From: Bispira polyomma
Taxonomy: Eukaryota
NCBI GenBank assembly: GCA_965649765.1
Contig: OZ287756.1
Span: forward strand, 58,156,001-58,220,000
Reading direction: 5' to 3'
Length of the DNA: 64,000 bases
Within the stretch, counting starts at the first letter, position 1; each line of letters begins with the position of its first letter. Of this stretch, positions 1 through 12,761 are shown piece after piece. Both the position numbers and the translations under genes were made by a program. The notes under the pieces are model-generated. The model was given only the letters and a program-made list of their open reading frames with translations, was not told where the DNA came from and did not search any database.

Positions 1-630
1 CTGCACTGGACATAGGTGAGGGACAGAGATGGAAGGAAGCTGTATAACATGTGTAGAGGTCCTATCCTGCATATTCTTGACCCACTTAATAATTAAGTGG
101 GCCCCAGGGCAACCAAAGACCACATCCTGTCTAAGAATGTGTCTGGTGGGATCAAACTTAGCCCTAGAGTGGGGAGCGATATTGGAAAATCTTAAAAAGC
201 CACAGAAGGCCACAAGAAAAATGGATCTAAAAGGAATGGGGTCCTGTGATATATGACAGGCCTGAGAAATAAAGGACAAGTGTTTGATGGAGAATAACCC
301 TTTGGGAGAGGGCCTGAAGTGAGAGTTGTGTACCAAACTACGAATAAACAGAGAGATGGAATTGTAATGGAAAATATCTGGGAGGATATTAAACTTCTGG
401 GTCATGAACCTTAAAGCAGCCAGGTAGTTTTTAATAACTTTAGGGGAAAGGCCATTCTGGGCCAAGTACTCCAAAAAGGCCAAAATGGAGTGAATAGAGA
501 TATGGTGCATGTTAACATAATGCAGAAAAGAAAGAAATGTTCTAAACTGCGAAGTATAAGCTGCAGTGGTGGAAGGTCTGAGAGCTGTGTGGATTCTCCT
601 GATGGCAGTATCCCCCAGAGCCAATGATGC
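1..630 (-). pseudogene. Tyrosine recombinase of E1 (N-terminal and central part; continues beyond the window)
   Basis: Manual translation: AIRRIHTALRPSTTAAYTSQFRTFLSF ... FCGFLRFSNIAP ... KFDPTRHILRQDVVFG..GAHLIIKWVKNMQD ... LCPVQ. It includes the first catalytic Arg motif of DIRS/Ngaro YRs. Confidence 0.85.
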
Positions 631-647
631 TTGTGTGGAACCTGTAA

Positions 648-2300
648 TCAGATATTAAAATCTAAATTATGATAGTGTAAGGGGACATCTCTACGTGTGT
701 GTTTACTAAGTGCCAACATGGTTTGTGGATCAGGAGGACGTGTGGAATATACACGCGACAACGCGTCAGCGTATATATTATCCTTGCCTGGAATGTGTTG
801 AACTTTTATAGTAATGTCATGAATAGAGCAAATGAGCCAAATATTGCGTATACACGCAGCTATGAACGGGTCCTTAGTCTTGCTGGTCATAACAACCAGG
901 ACAACTGCCAGGTTGTTGCAATTAAAAGTAACCTTATGGTGAGCCCAGGATTCCCCCCAAACTCTAAGTGAAATGACAACATTGAGCATCTCCAACTGTG
1001 TAATGGCCAATCTTTGACCAAAAATGTTAATAATGGGTGTGAAATAAATTTCCTGGCCCCATAGGGCCCCCATACCTGTGAGACAGACGTCTAGATGAAG
1101 CTCATGTAAAAATTCGATATCCTTAAAATAGGGTTAAAATAGGTAATACCATTGTAAGCATGTAAGAAGTGAATAAACCAATCAAGGTCATATTTCATAT
1201 TATCAGTGACCTTAAACCTCTTGGAGTTAGGGGAAGCTCTAAGAACGGAAAGAAGCCTGTTAATAAAGCACCTAGCAGGTTTAACACACTTGTGTATATA
1301 AAGGAGCTTTCCTAAGAGGGACTGTAATCTAGTACAGCATAACCAGTTCTTACTACGTGCCTCTATGCACTCTAAGTGTATTTGGTCAATTTTTTCTTGT
1401 GTGATACTTATGGTACCTGCGGATATATCCACATCAATGCCCAGGTAAGTAACCTCAGTGGAGGGAGGAGAAATTTTACTGGGGTTCATGGGGAGACCTA
1501 GATCATCTAATAGACTACATAATTTCTCAAAACCTACCTTGGCCTTGACCTTAGTACATATGCAAAGGTAGTCATCAATGTAGCAATAGACTTTAAAACC
1601 TAAATTAAGCATGTGGTCTGCAATAATATCAGAGCATCTCTGAAAGGCTGCATTACCGAAAGCCTACCCAAAGGCAACCGCAGGATCAAGGTAGTATTTT
1701 CCATCCCACTTTATACCAAATTTGAGGCCGTCGACAGGGTCGACACGGAGGTTACGAAAGGCCCTGGAAATGTCCACCTTGGAGGCCACCGGGTCTATGG
1801 TATTATTGATGACATCTGTAACATTGTTAATAGTAGGAAATTTAAGTGAAAATTCGGTACCGTCAAATTGGTCAAGTACATGGTCATTAACTGAGGTGCC
1901 CTGAGGGTGTGAAAGGTTAAGTATTACCTGTCTATCTGTAATATCCTTAGGGTTGGTGAGTAAGGGAGAATAGGGGAGAATAGTGGTAATGTGGGTTTGC
2001 TAAGTTGGAAACAGGGCCTAACATAGCACCCTTACTTTTTTCTTTGTTAAGATACATGTTAACTGCATCAGGATATTGTAACGCAGAGTGATGATTAGTT
2101 ATATCTGTACGATTTAACTCAAAGGATTTACTTAAGGATATGGGAAATCCAAACTTTAAATACTGACAAATAAGTTGGTCAGGATGGTTATGTGTAATAA
2201 GTTCCCAAGCCGGGATATTCAAGCCACAGCTAATGGGAATACGAGCTTGAGCATAATTAGGTAAACCTGTGGATCTTATGGTGTCAGCAATGAGACACAT
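648..2300 (-). pseudogene. RT/RNase H (pol) of E1, frameshifted
   Basis: ORFs 1947-2300 (LKFGFP, GAMLGP), 1091-1612 (YIDD, YLGIDVD, LQSLLGKL, DLDWF) and 648-1073 (RNase H motifs) are successive pol fragments. Confidence 0.9.
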
Positions 2301-3316
2301 ATCATTAATTGAATTAATACAAAATCTTTATCAGGGCCAATGAACTGAAATTTTGTATCAGATTTGCTTAAAAAACCAACAGATTTATGGGAAACAACCA
2401 GGTCTTTAGTGTTATTTTTGGAAGAAGACGAATCAGCCATGACTAAGCTGCCAAGCTCTTCACAGCCATCGGAGACAATATCGGAACGCCGCATGATTCT
2501 AGTCTGAGTAAGTTTATTAACAGAACATTCATTACTGGCAGTACTATCAATCATGACATCATCTGCCTTGATGATGCCATCAATGATTTCCTGCATATAA
2601 ACTGTGTAATCATATCCCCGTACCCACAGGGAATTATCGTCTTTTAAATAGTTTTCATGAGCTAATTTAGAGTTGTTTTGAAATTCATTGAGTTGTTGAA
2701 AATTCAAAAAGTTGTAATCAATCAGTATCTTAGCTTGGAACATATAGGAAACACCAAAAGGAAAGCTAGGTATGTCCCCTAAGGGAACATAACTGACGTT
2801 GTCCCTATAACAATTTTGATAATAGAAACCTGAGGCACTGGTGTAGTCAGGAAAATCCAAAAATACAACAGGGTGATGCCCACAATTATTGACATATAAG
2901 AAATCCAAGACAGAGATACTGCAGGCCATATTCCAATAATCAACATATGAGGGGGCACTGTTAACCAAAACAGAGTGAATATCATTACCAGAATCATGAT
3001 GATCCCAATTTTCGAGTACATTATGAAAACCAAAATTTTTAAGACCACCAGTATTCATAGTCGAGGGCTTCTCACAATGAGGCAAAACATTATACAAATT
3101 ATCATATGTGGCATTACATTGATTGTTAACAGAATGTTTATAAAATGTCTGGCTGCCTGTGCAGCTTTTTTCCCCAACTCATGTCTTAACTAAATTACTA
3201 TCAAAGTCACTGAAACAAGAGTCATTGCAATCTGAACTTACACTATTGATTTTACTTTCACAATTAATTACACAACTTTTACTGGCAGAGTCTGTCCTGA
3301 ATCGTCGACCACCATC

Positions 3317-4407
3317 CTAGGTAGTTTTGGCAGAATTGGCTTTAAGGCACTTGAATTCCGGGTGGTTATTTTCTTTGTTCAAAACCTTGAAAAAATGCGC
3401 ACAATTATGTTTGTACTGGTTGTGATCTCTGTCGTGGCTACAGGAGCCTGAGTTAAAGTACTTGCAAATTACCTTGGGCTTCTGAGAAACCTGTTGTATG
3501 GTATGACCATTCACAAGGGTCAACTGAGAAACACTAAGTCTGTTTAATGACCATTGAGTGGCGTTAGCCCAGTCGAGCCTGCCTTCTTCCAATTCCTGCA
3601 TGCTATGTCCCCATGCAGTTGTGACGGTAGGCCATGGGAGAACGTTGGCGTCTCTAAACACATAGATCATCTGATGTAGCATACATTTCATGGTGGTAAT
3701 CTTAGAAACCTGAGCAATATTAGATAGCTGTCTGGCTGCCCACTGGGGCATGGAGAGTTCATCGAACTGTGGTCGTTTCTGGGCCGTACTCCCCACCCAG
3801 CCTTCATTCGCCCACCTAGCATGTGGTTCAGTAAGGCAAATGTCAGTGGAATTAAATCGACCTGATTTCTGCCTGGGGGGGGCTTACCTTGGGAGAGATC
3901 CTGCTGGTAGCGTTGGTCATAAGATGCAAGATGCAAGTTGACGGCAGCGCTGACTTCTGGGATACTTCTTAACACATCTACCCTCGGGACAATGCCGTCT
4001 TGCGTGTAGTCGTTATTGGCCTGCATCTGACATGTAGCTTGTCCCTGAACGGGGAGAGTGTTGGCAAGTCCAACAGGGGGCTGTGGACGTAGATCCGGAC
4101 ATCGAAGGTCCACCACAGTGTCATTGTGAGGAGGGTTATGGGGCGAACCCAACGGGGTAGAGTTTCTGGACGTCTCGACACGATCCAATCTTCTGTGTAT
4201 GTCGGCGTTGGCGGACTCCAGCCTTTGGAGTATGGCCATCATAGCAGTATTGTCCGGTATCACGTTCTCGGAAGGAACATCAGATTTACTGGCCTCGGAC
4301 ACAGGGACTCTAAGATTTCGGACGACCGGATCAGATACTTTACCCCTTCTAGTTGACTTGGTCTTTGCTGGCGCGCTACCCGGCGTTTTCTTAGCAGTCC
4401 GTCCCAT
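3317..4407 (-). pseudogene. gag-like ORF of E1 with C-terminal Cys/His knuckle
   Basis: ORFs 3688-4449 and 3317-3796 join by a frameshift. The C-terminus CKYFNSGSCSHDRDHNQYKHNCAH...HPEFKC matches the gag ends of E2-E4. Likely start is MGRTAKK at 4407. Confidence 0.8.
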
Positions 4408-4737
4408 AATAATGCAATAGTGGTGTGAATGAGTGTAAACTAAAAACAAATAAACACTGAAATCAATAAAAACGCTAGCATAAGTTCACAATTATAAATT
4501 TTTAAAATGTTTTCTGACTTGATGTTTACCCTTGTACACTTGGGGTGAAAATGGTGCCTGAGCAGGGGCCAAAAACACAAAATCATAAAGCATGTGCAGT
4601 GTGATTGGTTCATAGCTAATGAGGGATGGACAGAATGGGGAACAAGAATAGTCCCCTTAAAAAAGAAAAGTAAGGGGGTTAGGAACTGAGACAGCAGGCC
4701 CCCTAAAGGGGTCTTGCTAGTAACACCTTCTGGAACT

Positions 4738-7700
4738 TTAAAATATCCAAGCCAAACTAGAAGTGAGGGGGGATAGCAGAAGCAAAAGTGAGGGGGACAG
4801 TAGATGTAGCATGAGAGGTCTTATGCAAATAGGTCCATACTGCTGAAGACCTCCAAAGACCATGGGCCATATTATTTTGTAGGGACACATTATTGTTGAA
4901 AGCAAATGTGGCCCCAGACCTACCAAAAGTATAAAAACTGTGTGATTTGGCAGGAATGCCAACATGTGATAATACTGTAATAATATTTTTTGCCTATTTG
5001 ATAATTATATGGGCCCCAGGTGGGCCAAATACAACATCTTGCCTCAACCAGTGACGTGAGGGGTCAAACTTTTTCCTAGAATGTGGTGTGATGTTTGAAA
5101 TCCTTAGAAAACCATAAAACAACAGTTATAAGATTGACATATGGTAGACAGGATTCAAAGATCCCTCTAGGTTGAGGACTAAACTGTGAATTATGGATTA
5201 GGCTTCTTGTAAACATGGATATTGTGTTGTTTTCAACAATATTTATATCCCATCTGTACCTTTTAGCCATAAATCTTATTGCACCTATGTAGTTGTTCAC
5301 AGCGTTAGGTGAATTGCCATTTTGAACCAGATACTCAAATAATGCAATTATTGTATTTTTTATTGATTTCAGTTATTTTTGTAAAATAAAATATGAGGCC
5401 CGCATTTTTGGTCTAAGTACTGTATTCAATCTATTCAATGTTGCTTTCATATTATGCTGTGTGAAGTAAGTGGAACCTCAAATTATATTTTAAAATTCAC
5501 ATTGAAGAACTGTATGGGTACATTATGCCACATATAATTCCTTTTTGTAAATGTTGAGCTTGTTCCATATTAGGTATCTGAAATACATTTCTTTTTACCT
5601 CTAACATGTTTGATCTCAATGGTAATATCAAAAGCAGCCATATATTCCTTAAACAAAGTGATAGAAAATTATCCTTAGTTTTCAATGTTGTCACAATTAA
5701 TAATGATTTTTCTATGTGCCCACTGATCGCCCCAAATCCCAAAATATTTAACATTTCAATGTGAACAATTAAAAAATCCTGTCCATAGAAATTATATAGA
5801 GGTGAAGCATATACCTCATTCTTAAATACTCCTCCCAGTCCTGTTAAAAACGCATCTATGAAATCAGCTTTGCTTTCATCAGTGCTTTCATCAGTGCTTT
5901 TCATCGTTTAGCATTAGCATTTTTCGTGGAAGCCATAAGTAATCTGTTGATAAATATTTGTGCCGGCTTCACGCATTTGTGAATATATAATAGTCGACCT
6001 AATATTGATTGAAATTTTGAATCTGACACCTACTTCTTATTAATAAATTCTAAACAGATATAATGTAATAATTTTCTCTTCTGTTATACTGATAATTCCT
6101 GTTTCTATATCAATATCTACGCCTAAACAAGTGACCTTTGTGTCAGGTAGTGATAGTTTGTCCTGGTTAATAGGTAAGCCTAGCAAAGTAACTAAATTAT
6201 AAAGGTCTTTGAAGGCCTCATCGGATTTGTTTTTTGTCGATACTAATATATAGTTGTCGATATAGCAGAAACGTGCCCTAACTGCTGCATTGTAAATGCT
6301 ATGATGTCAAAATATCTCTGAAATGCCGCCGAGCCGTGAACCAAGCCGAACGAAACCACAAGATCGATGTATTTTTCACCTTTATAACATATCCCTGAAA
6401 CTCAAACTCCGTATGAGAAAGTGCTATAAAACCCTTGGTTTTTCTTGGTAATTAAAATCCGTAATAACCTGTGTCTCATGAGCAGTTTAGAAAATTAGTC
6501 AGAGAAGTCAGGCAACGCCAACATAAGATTACCATTCACATTTGATACATTGTAATTGTTAGTACAGCTAGATTCGACAGACGTAATTTGTTTCATGTTT
6601 GCCCATTAAAACTATCTTTCTCAATAAATTTTCCTGTAATATATGAAATGTACTCTGTATAGTCATGTCCATATCTTTTCATATATTCCTGATCTTTGTT
6701 TCTGTTGTATTTAACACAACTATGGGGCCAGTGGACAATTCCTGGCATAATATATAGTCATATAGCTGACTGCCAGGGTGATATTTCTGGGTATAAAACC
6801 CAGCCATGCTACCTTCAACGGATCTGACATATAAAACAGAAAGAATTTCCTTATCCTCACACAATGGCAGTGACTAGCTTATTCTAAGAATCCACATAAC
6901 TATTAGTATTATCTGACTCCATTGCTTCAACTACTGGGGTATTCTGGAATACATGATAATTACAGGTGTTAGTTACATTATTATTTCCATCACTATTTAC
7001 ATTATTGTGATTGCTGTGAACATAATGCACTCTAGCTTTCTAATTTTCTTGGTTTTCATAATGCCCCCTTCCAGACTTATGTTCCCGATTGGTTAAGTAA
7101 TGTTCACACCATTCACTATAAATGACAGATTTCAATTGCTCACCAGAATGGCTTGCTACTAATATTTTATTATTATTGTGACATGTTTCTACAAAATAAT
7201 TCAGATCTAGACTTATTACTATCATTTATCTTTACTTTTCCAACGTCAATGTCATGTGTTTCACAATTTTGCCCTATAACATTTAAATTCAGGATGTGTG
7301 GCATCCTTCTTTAATACTGTCGCACAATGCAAACAAATGTGCTTATACTGCCCGTGGTCATTTTGATGGGAGCATTTCCCTGAGTTGAATATGGTTCTGC
7401 CCGATTATGACGACTGTGTTGGAAGAGAATGAGCTTGAAAGCTTGAAGAATTTGTAGTGAAAGAATTAGTCATTGCCATCTGTGATGCACTTAGCAGGTT
7501 CAGGGCCCATTGAGTAGTATCATTCTATCCGAGTCGTCCCTCTTCTACCTCGTGCATGCTGAGAGACTATGCCGTTTGAACTACCCCTTAATGTAGTAAA
7601 GCTGCTTCCCGAAGGGGGAGTACAACTTTTTGGATCATACCGCGATAGACTCTGGGGTGTGTAACTTAAAGGCCATTGGCTAACTGACGTGCTACCCATT

Positions 7701-8700
7701 GTGGGAAAGTTAAGTCATTCTACATGGGGCGTTTCCGAGAGGCACCGCCTTCCCATCCTTCGTTGGCCCACCTAAACCTCAGTTCAGCAGGAATGTCCAT
7801 AGTATTGAAATGCCCAGATTTCTGATGCTTACCTTGAGAAAGTCTGCACTGTACATAGGCCTCGTACTGGGCCAGTCTTTGATTCACCATGGCTTGTACG
7901 TCAGGGTTGGCTTTCAACATCTCCAAAGAAGGAACTATCCCGTGCTTTAGATATTGTTGTTGACTCGAACCTGCCATCTGAGCTGTGTTACTGGTCGAGA
8001 ATGCACCCACATTCGCCATCATCGTAGCCATGTCATTACTAACTGGGGTACGAGCCGTCATCTGTTCTGAACTCTGTATGAGTTAGCCGGCTGGATTTGA
8101 TCAGTGTTGCCGAACTGTAATGACAAGAGCTGTCCCTGACTGGAGGAAAACGAGTTATGATATAATTCAGATAGCATTTCCGAGTTTACCTGCTTGACTT
8201 TTTATGTTCTTGTTGCCTTTCCTTTCATCATGCTTTTGCTGGTGGTTATTTAGGAACGGTCGTCCTTGTAGTTTGCCCCATATTATGTACCATTACACAT
8301 ATAAAAGATTACAACAGTTTAAAATATACTCAAAATTATAACAAACAAAAAAATGGAATCCTAAAAAACTAAAATATACACCATTTACACACATAAGCGC
8401 CAATTTTGTGATGCTGCTCTGTCAAAGTGTGCTTCCAATATGAAAGGGTGCCCTGTGGTATTGCCCATGTTTGGGGATTTAATGAATCTGATTGGTTATT
8501 GGCAAAATGAAGTAGTGGTCGAGACTGCCCATAGGGATTAAGGTGGTCATATAACCAAGTGGAGAACTACAATAGCATACCCCTTTGTGGTCATGCTGTC
8601 TAAAGAGCGCCAAATTGATGAGAACATCCTCTTTTGCGCTGATATCCAAAAAGAGTAAGTCCGGGTGCAAGAAAAAAGGTTGTTCCTAAAAAGCATTTAC
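4738..8700 (-). mobile_element. Ngaro/DIRS-type retrotransposon, copy E2 (heavily decayed, internally deleted; same broad family as E1 and E3)
   Basis: gag fragments at 8281-7260 (GIVPSLEMLKANPDVQAMVNQRL, RWANEGW). RT remnant ~6000-6400 (SFGLVHGSAAFQR, CYIDNY). RNase H 5497-5904 (DAFLTGLGG, IEMLN). YR ~5400-4738 (IMAHGLWRSSAVWTYL). The RT N-terminal part is missing. The 5' boundary is approximate. Confidence 0.85.
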
Positions 8701-11700
8701 CAGGGAAGGATTACTAAGGTAATTTTTAGACGACTTTTAGGGACAAGACTAGCCTGATTAGGTGATTTGCTAAGACAACGATCAATTCCAACTTACAAGG
8801 TCTAGCTATGAAAAATCTAAAGAATACAAAAATTGTCATGCCGGTCAATGGTTTTAAAATATCTGTGTTGTGATGACTAAATAATAATATCATTCAAATC
8901 TCCTCATTGCCACCAACGTTGACATAAAGTCACTAACATATTTCTAATTTACTGTTCATCCCGGAAATGTGTCTTTTCTTTGGCGTTTTATGACGAGCTT
9001 TATTTACTATTGTTGGCACACTAGTAATATCATGCAATATTTCACCTGTAATAACTATATGAAGGAGCAAACATTTTAAGGTGTACATATGACTTTTATG
9101 TGTGCAGGTAAATAGGCTTTTGACCCAAAAAGTTAGGTTGTTGTTCCCAGTCTTGGCAATATTAAGAGAATATCCTTAGTTTCATATTAAGTTAGTAGTC
9201 TTAACACTAGGACATCTCAATTCAACATTTGTTTTAAAATGTTTAAATTATAAACACAAATATATTATTTGAATACTGACAATCTAACACAAGATAATTA
9301 TTTTATTTAAATATTTCTTTCGGAGGGGGGAATTTTAAAAACAGAGGTGAAACAAACACAAATGAAACATTCGACATTAATTAACTTTTCAGATGGTTTT
9401 TCTGCCTATTTACTAAGTTATGTTGCATTGTTGCACTAATCCCCCCTTATGTGATATTTATGCTTTGTTTTCTCCATACAGAGCTTATTAAGAGTTGTAA
9501 TCTGGGGTACTGAGACTCTATAAAAATTTATTTTATTGGATACTTAATTGCTGATATATGAAGCCATGAAATGGAATAGACAATCGGACTGGAGAAAATA
9601 TATAACTATGAAAATTTCTGAGAAATCTGGAAATTTTATTGATTTTTGCTCAGAAAACGTACACAAATAGTTTATTTTCCAAAACAAGATAGAATGAAGA
9701 AAAAAAGATTTCTCTATTTTCTTGATGAAGAAAAAAATTCATACAATTTAAAATTAAAATTGCAAAAAGGTTCTACCTTAGATAAGGAGACATAGTCCTT
9801 TCTAGATAAAGCTATTTCTACAGGATTATTTAGTGATTTTTTTTGTGACTTCATTAAGTCACAAAGTCAAATACAATAAAGGCACAATGTGACGGGTAGT
9901 AAAGATACAAATGGCAACCAACAATATCCCATATATTTCTGACAGAGGCTTACTTTGTAATATCTTTACAAAGGACTATCAGTCTCTAGTCTCTCAGTCT
10001 ATAAAGCATTAGATTGCCATCATATTAAAGCCACTTTTGATTAAGTTGAATGAGGCGAGTTTCTGGTTTATGGGGAAGAATTAATTTGTCATTTCTACAT
10101 TCTCATTTTGAGGCACCACTGTTTGAAGAGTTTTTTTCTCGTAGATTTCTGGTCATTTGGTATTTTAGTAGTGTCACAGCCCACTTTCACAATATATATT
10201 TTTAGTGTACATTTTGATTTGCCCTAAAGTGCTAAAAAGCAGAGATGATGCTTGTATACTGACACACTGTATTGTATTTTGTCAGGCATCCTCTGTGGTG
10301 CACAAACAAATCAGTAAGCAAAAAAATAGCCCGATAAGGAGAAAGGTTCATGATCAGAGTTCATTCTTGTCCAGGGGATGGAAATACAGGCGGAAAAGCA
10401 TAGTATGGAGACTATTGAATAATTTTGAACCAGTCAGTTTTTTCAGGTAAGAAACCAGATGTTGAGATTGCTGAGAGACAACATAGATGATAAGTAAACT
10501 GGCTGCTGCATATGGACTTCTTTAACATCCCATACAAATGTTTTAGTTGTATTATTTCAATACTATTATGAAAAAACCTCTTTTTGGTATCATTATTTAT
10601 TAGTCCTAAATGGACGTTATTCTGATGTGTATGTAAAGCTTTAAATCATACAGCTTACACTCTTAAATCTTGATCTGTGGTATTGTCGAATCCACCACAG
10701 TTGTATACTGACTCTGAAGCTTATGTCTAAATAACTAAAACAAAATGCATTATGTGCTGACATTAAAAGATTTATAAATCTTTAAATATATATAAATTTT
10801 TCAAGGTTGAGTAAAATTATGAAATTATGTATATGATCAACTATTTTTGTAGAAAAATTGTTTTATGTGTTCTTAATGTGTTCCTGTTCCAGTTGTCTTT
10901 TGTTTTTTACTTTCTTTTTGGGTTGTATTACTATTTTACTGTGTGTGTACGAATATAAAAGACTTGAATACATTTCCAATTCTGTTTAGAATGATAAAAT
11001 AATGTATCCACAATAATTCATTCGGGAAAATAAAATACCAAAGATCAAAACAAAGATGAACTCAATGAGTCAACTCTACAGTTTCTGATGTGTTTTGTTC
11101 TATTCGAAGGTAATTGATACCACCCTGGTCACATTGCCCATTACACAGGTGATTAGGATTTCACAACACAGTGATAACAATTACTCAAAGTCAGTGGGTT
11201 TTCAGCACCAGTAAATCTCGGGCCATTAGGCCTGTAGCAGACTTACCGAGGGCCAAGTCAACCAAATTCTAGTGTGAAACAACTATCGTCACTTACTTTT
11301 TGATGAAGCCATATGAGCCCCTTTCAAAACTGAGACTCATAAACTGGCACTGCTATTGTTGACCAGAGACCTTTAATGTGAGCGTTATGTGGCAGTCACA
11401 CTGTCCAAGTTCGCGACACGTTTATACCAATTTATTACTTTTAATCATTAGAACTTGGCTGATTGGGAGAGAATGGGGGGGAAAATTTTCAATTGCATAT
11501 ATTTGCGTCCCCACTTTATGCCCCGTTTATGCCCAGTTTTGATCAGATTCTACCAGTTTATGACAAATTTATGCCCAGACCTGACCAGATCTAAGCAGTT
11601 CATTACACGTTCATGTAACGTTTGCTCTTGATTAAACCAAATGACTCCAGTTCTTGCCAGATCACACAAGTTCTTAGCAGTTAAAGCCCTGTTTATGCCC

Positions 11701-11751
11701 TGTGTATGCCCAGATGTCATACGTTTACTCCAGTTCTTTCAAGATGTGCTT

Positions 11752-11922
11752 TGTTACATATAAGGACATTGTTGTATGTCAGTGGAGAACTGGTCTAGTT
11801 AATACTGATGTTTTTTACACTCTGCTCGAGTGATCTATTTATAGATTTGGGGAAAACCCCTAAGCTTCTAGAAGCTGGTTCTATTTTGTTTCTGTTTTCA
11901 TTGAAATTGTGTTAATCTATTT
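11752..11922 (+). repeat. 5' fragment of an LTR (same family as the solo LTR at 28879-29695)
   Basis: Starts TGTTACA and is the close reverse complement of ~29525-29695. Confidence 0.8.
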
Positions 11923-11949
11923 GCATCTTATTCTGGAACCTTGTTGTCA

Positions 11950-12761
11950 GGTGCAGTCACCCCTTGCCACCATGTGACCTTGAAGGAGCAGACACTAGGA
12001 TCAATATTCACTTAAAAGATGCAAATCAAAATGGATTTTTAACCTGTAGACACAGATGTGATTGTCATTTTGGTAAGGAAGTTCCACCAGCAGTCTTACT
12101 GCATACATATGTCGTTTTCGGAACAGGCCAAATTTTTTATAAGGTCCATGTGAATGCTATCGCTCAGGATCTTGGAGTATCAAAATATATAGCACTGCTG
12201 GCCTTCCACAGCTTCTCTGGATGTGGGGGGGGCGCGGTGGCCTAGTGGTTAGCAAGCATTGCGCTTCACAATCACTGGTCTCTCACCTCTGGGCGGCGTG
12301 AGTTTGAATCCCGTCGATGCCTATGTGGGAAAGGTGGTAGTTCCTTACTGTGGGCTGCTGGTTTGAGTGCAGAACCTTGACCGACTGTATGCATTGTTTC
12401 CTCCAGTGTTTCCAACTACCCCTCCCAATATAACCTAAACAGGTACTAGAGTGGACGTTAAATATCCAAATTCAAATTCAAATTCTCTGGGTGTGATGCA
12501 GTGTCTGTTTTGGAAATGGCGAGAATGACATTGAATGCATGGAGTTCCTACCCAGTAGTTACTGAAGCCTTTTGTCAAATGGCAACAAAAGTGTTTTATG
12601 AAATGGATGTTGATGATGCTTGCTTCAAGCTTCTAGAACGGTATACAGTCAACTTCTATGACAAAACAAGTAACCAAAAATCAATCAATGAGGCCAGGAA
12701 GAAGCTGTTTAGCCAAAACAGGCAGACAATGGAATCCATTATTCTGCTCACACTGACATAA
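11950..12761 (+). pseudogene. Academ-like transposase C-terminal fragment, interrupted by a SINE
   Basis: CDLEGADTRINIHL (cf. HEEADTR motif), FGTG, ALLAFHSFSGC|D..S.F (GCD motif split by the SINE), LLERYTVNFYD...SINEARKKLF. Confidence 0.7.
12225..12482 (+). mobile_element. tRNA-derived SINE with ~12-bp TSD
   Basis: A-box-like TGGCCTAGTGG, B-box-like GTTTGAATCC and a (CAAATT)n tail. Flanked by ttctctggatgt (12213-12224) and ttctctgggtgt (12483-12494). Homologous to 63067-63330. Confidence 0.9.

Larger units (their letters stand above)
1..4730 (-). mobile_element. Ngaro/DIRS-type tyrosine-recombinase retrotransposon, copy E1 (decayed; 3' end runs off the window start)
   Basis: Minus-strand order is gag (4407-3317), long pol N-terminal extension, RT (YCYIDDYL), RNase H (LEMLN...CNN...ADALSR), then YR (LRPSTTAAY, GFLRFSNIAP, IKWVKNMQ, HLCPV). 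No integrase or methyltransferase seen, which fits Ngaro organisation. The 5' boundary is approximate. Confidence 0.9.

Noticed and set aside
1-630. Tyrosine recombinases as evidence of phage or prokaryotic integrative elements
   Set aside because: Each lies directly downstream of RT/RNase H and gag in a eukaryotic context, which is the standard DIRS/Ngaro arrangement.
699-4420. Plus-strand ORFs overlapping the Ngaro elements (and similar antisense ORFs over E3, E4 and the LINE)
   Set aside because: Short antisense shadows of real coding frames, with no recognisable motifs.
12225-12320. tRNA-like sequence (also at 63235-63330 and 32595)
   Set aside because: No complete cloverleaf. It continues into a shared body and tail and has TSDs, so these are SINE heads, not tRNA genes.
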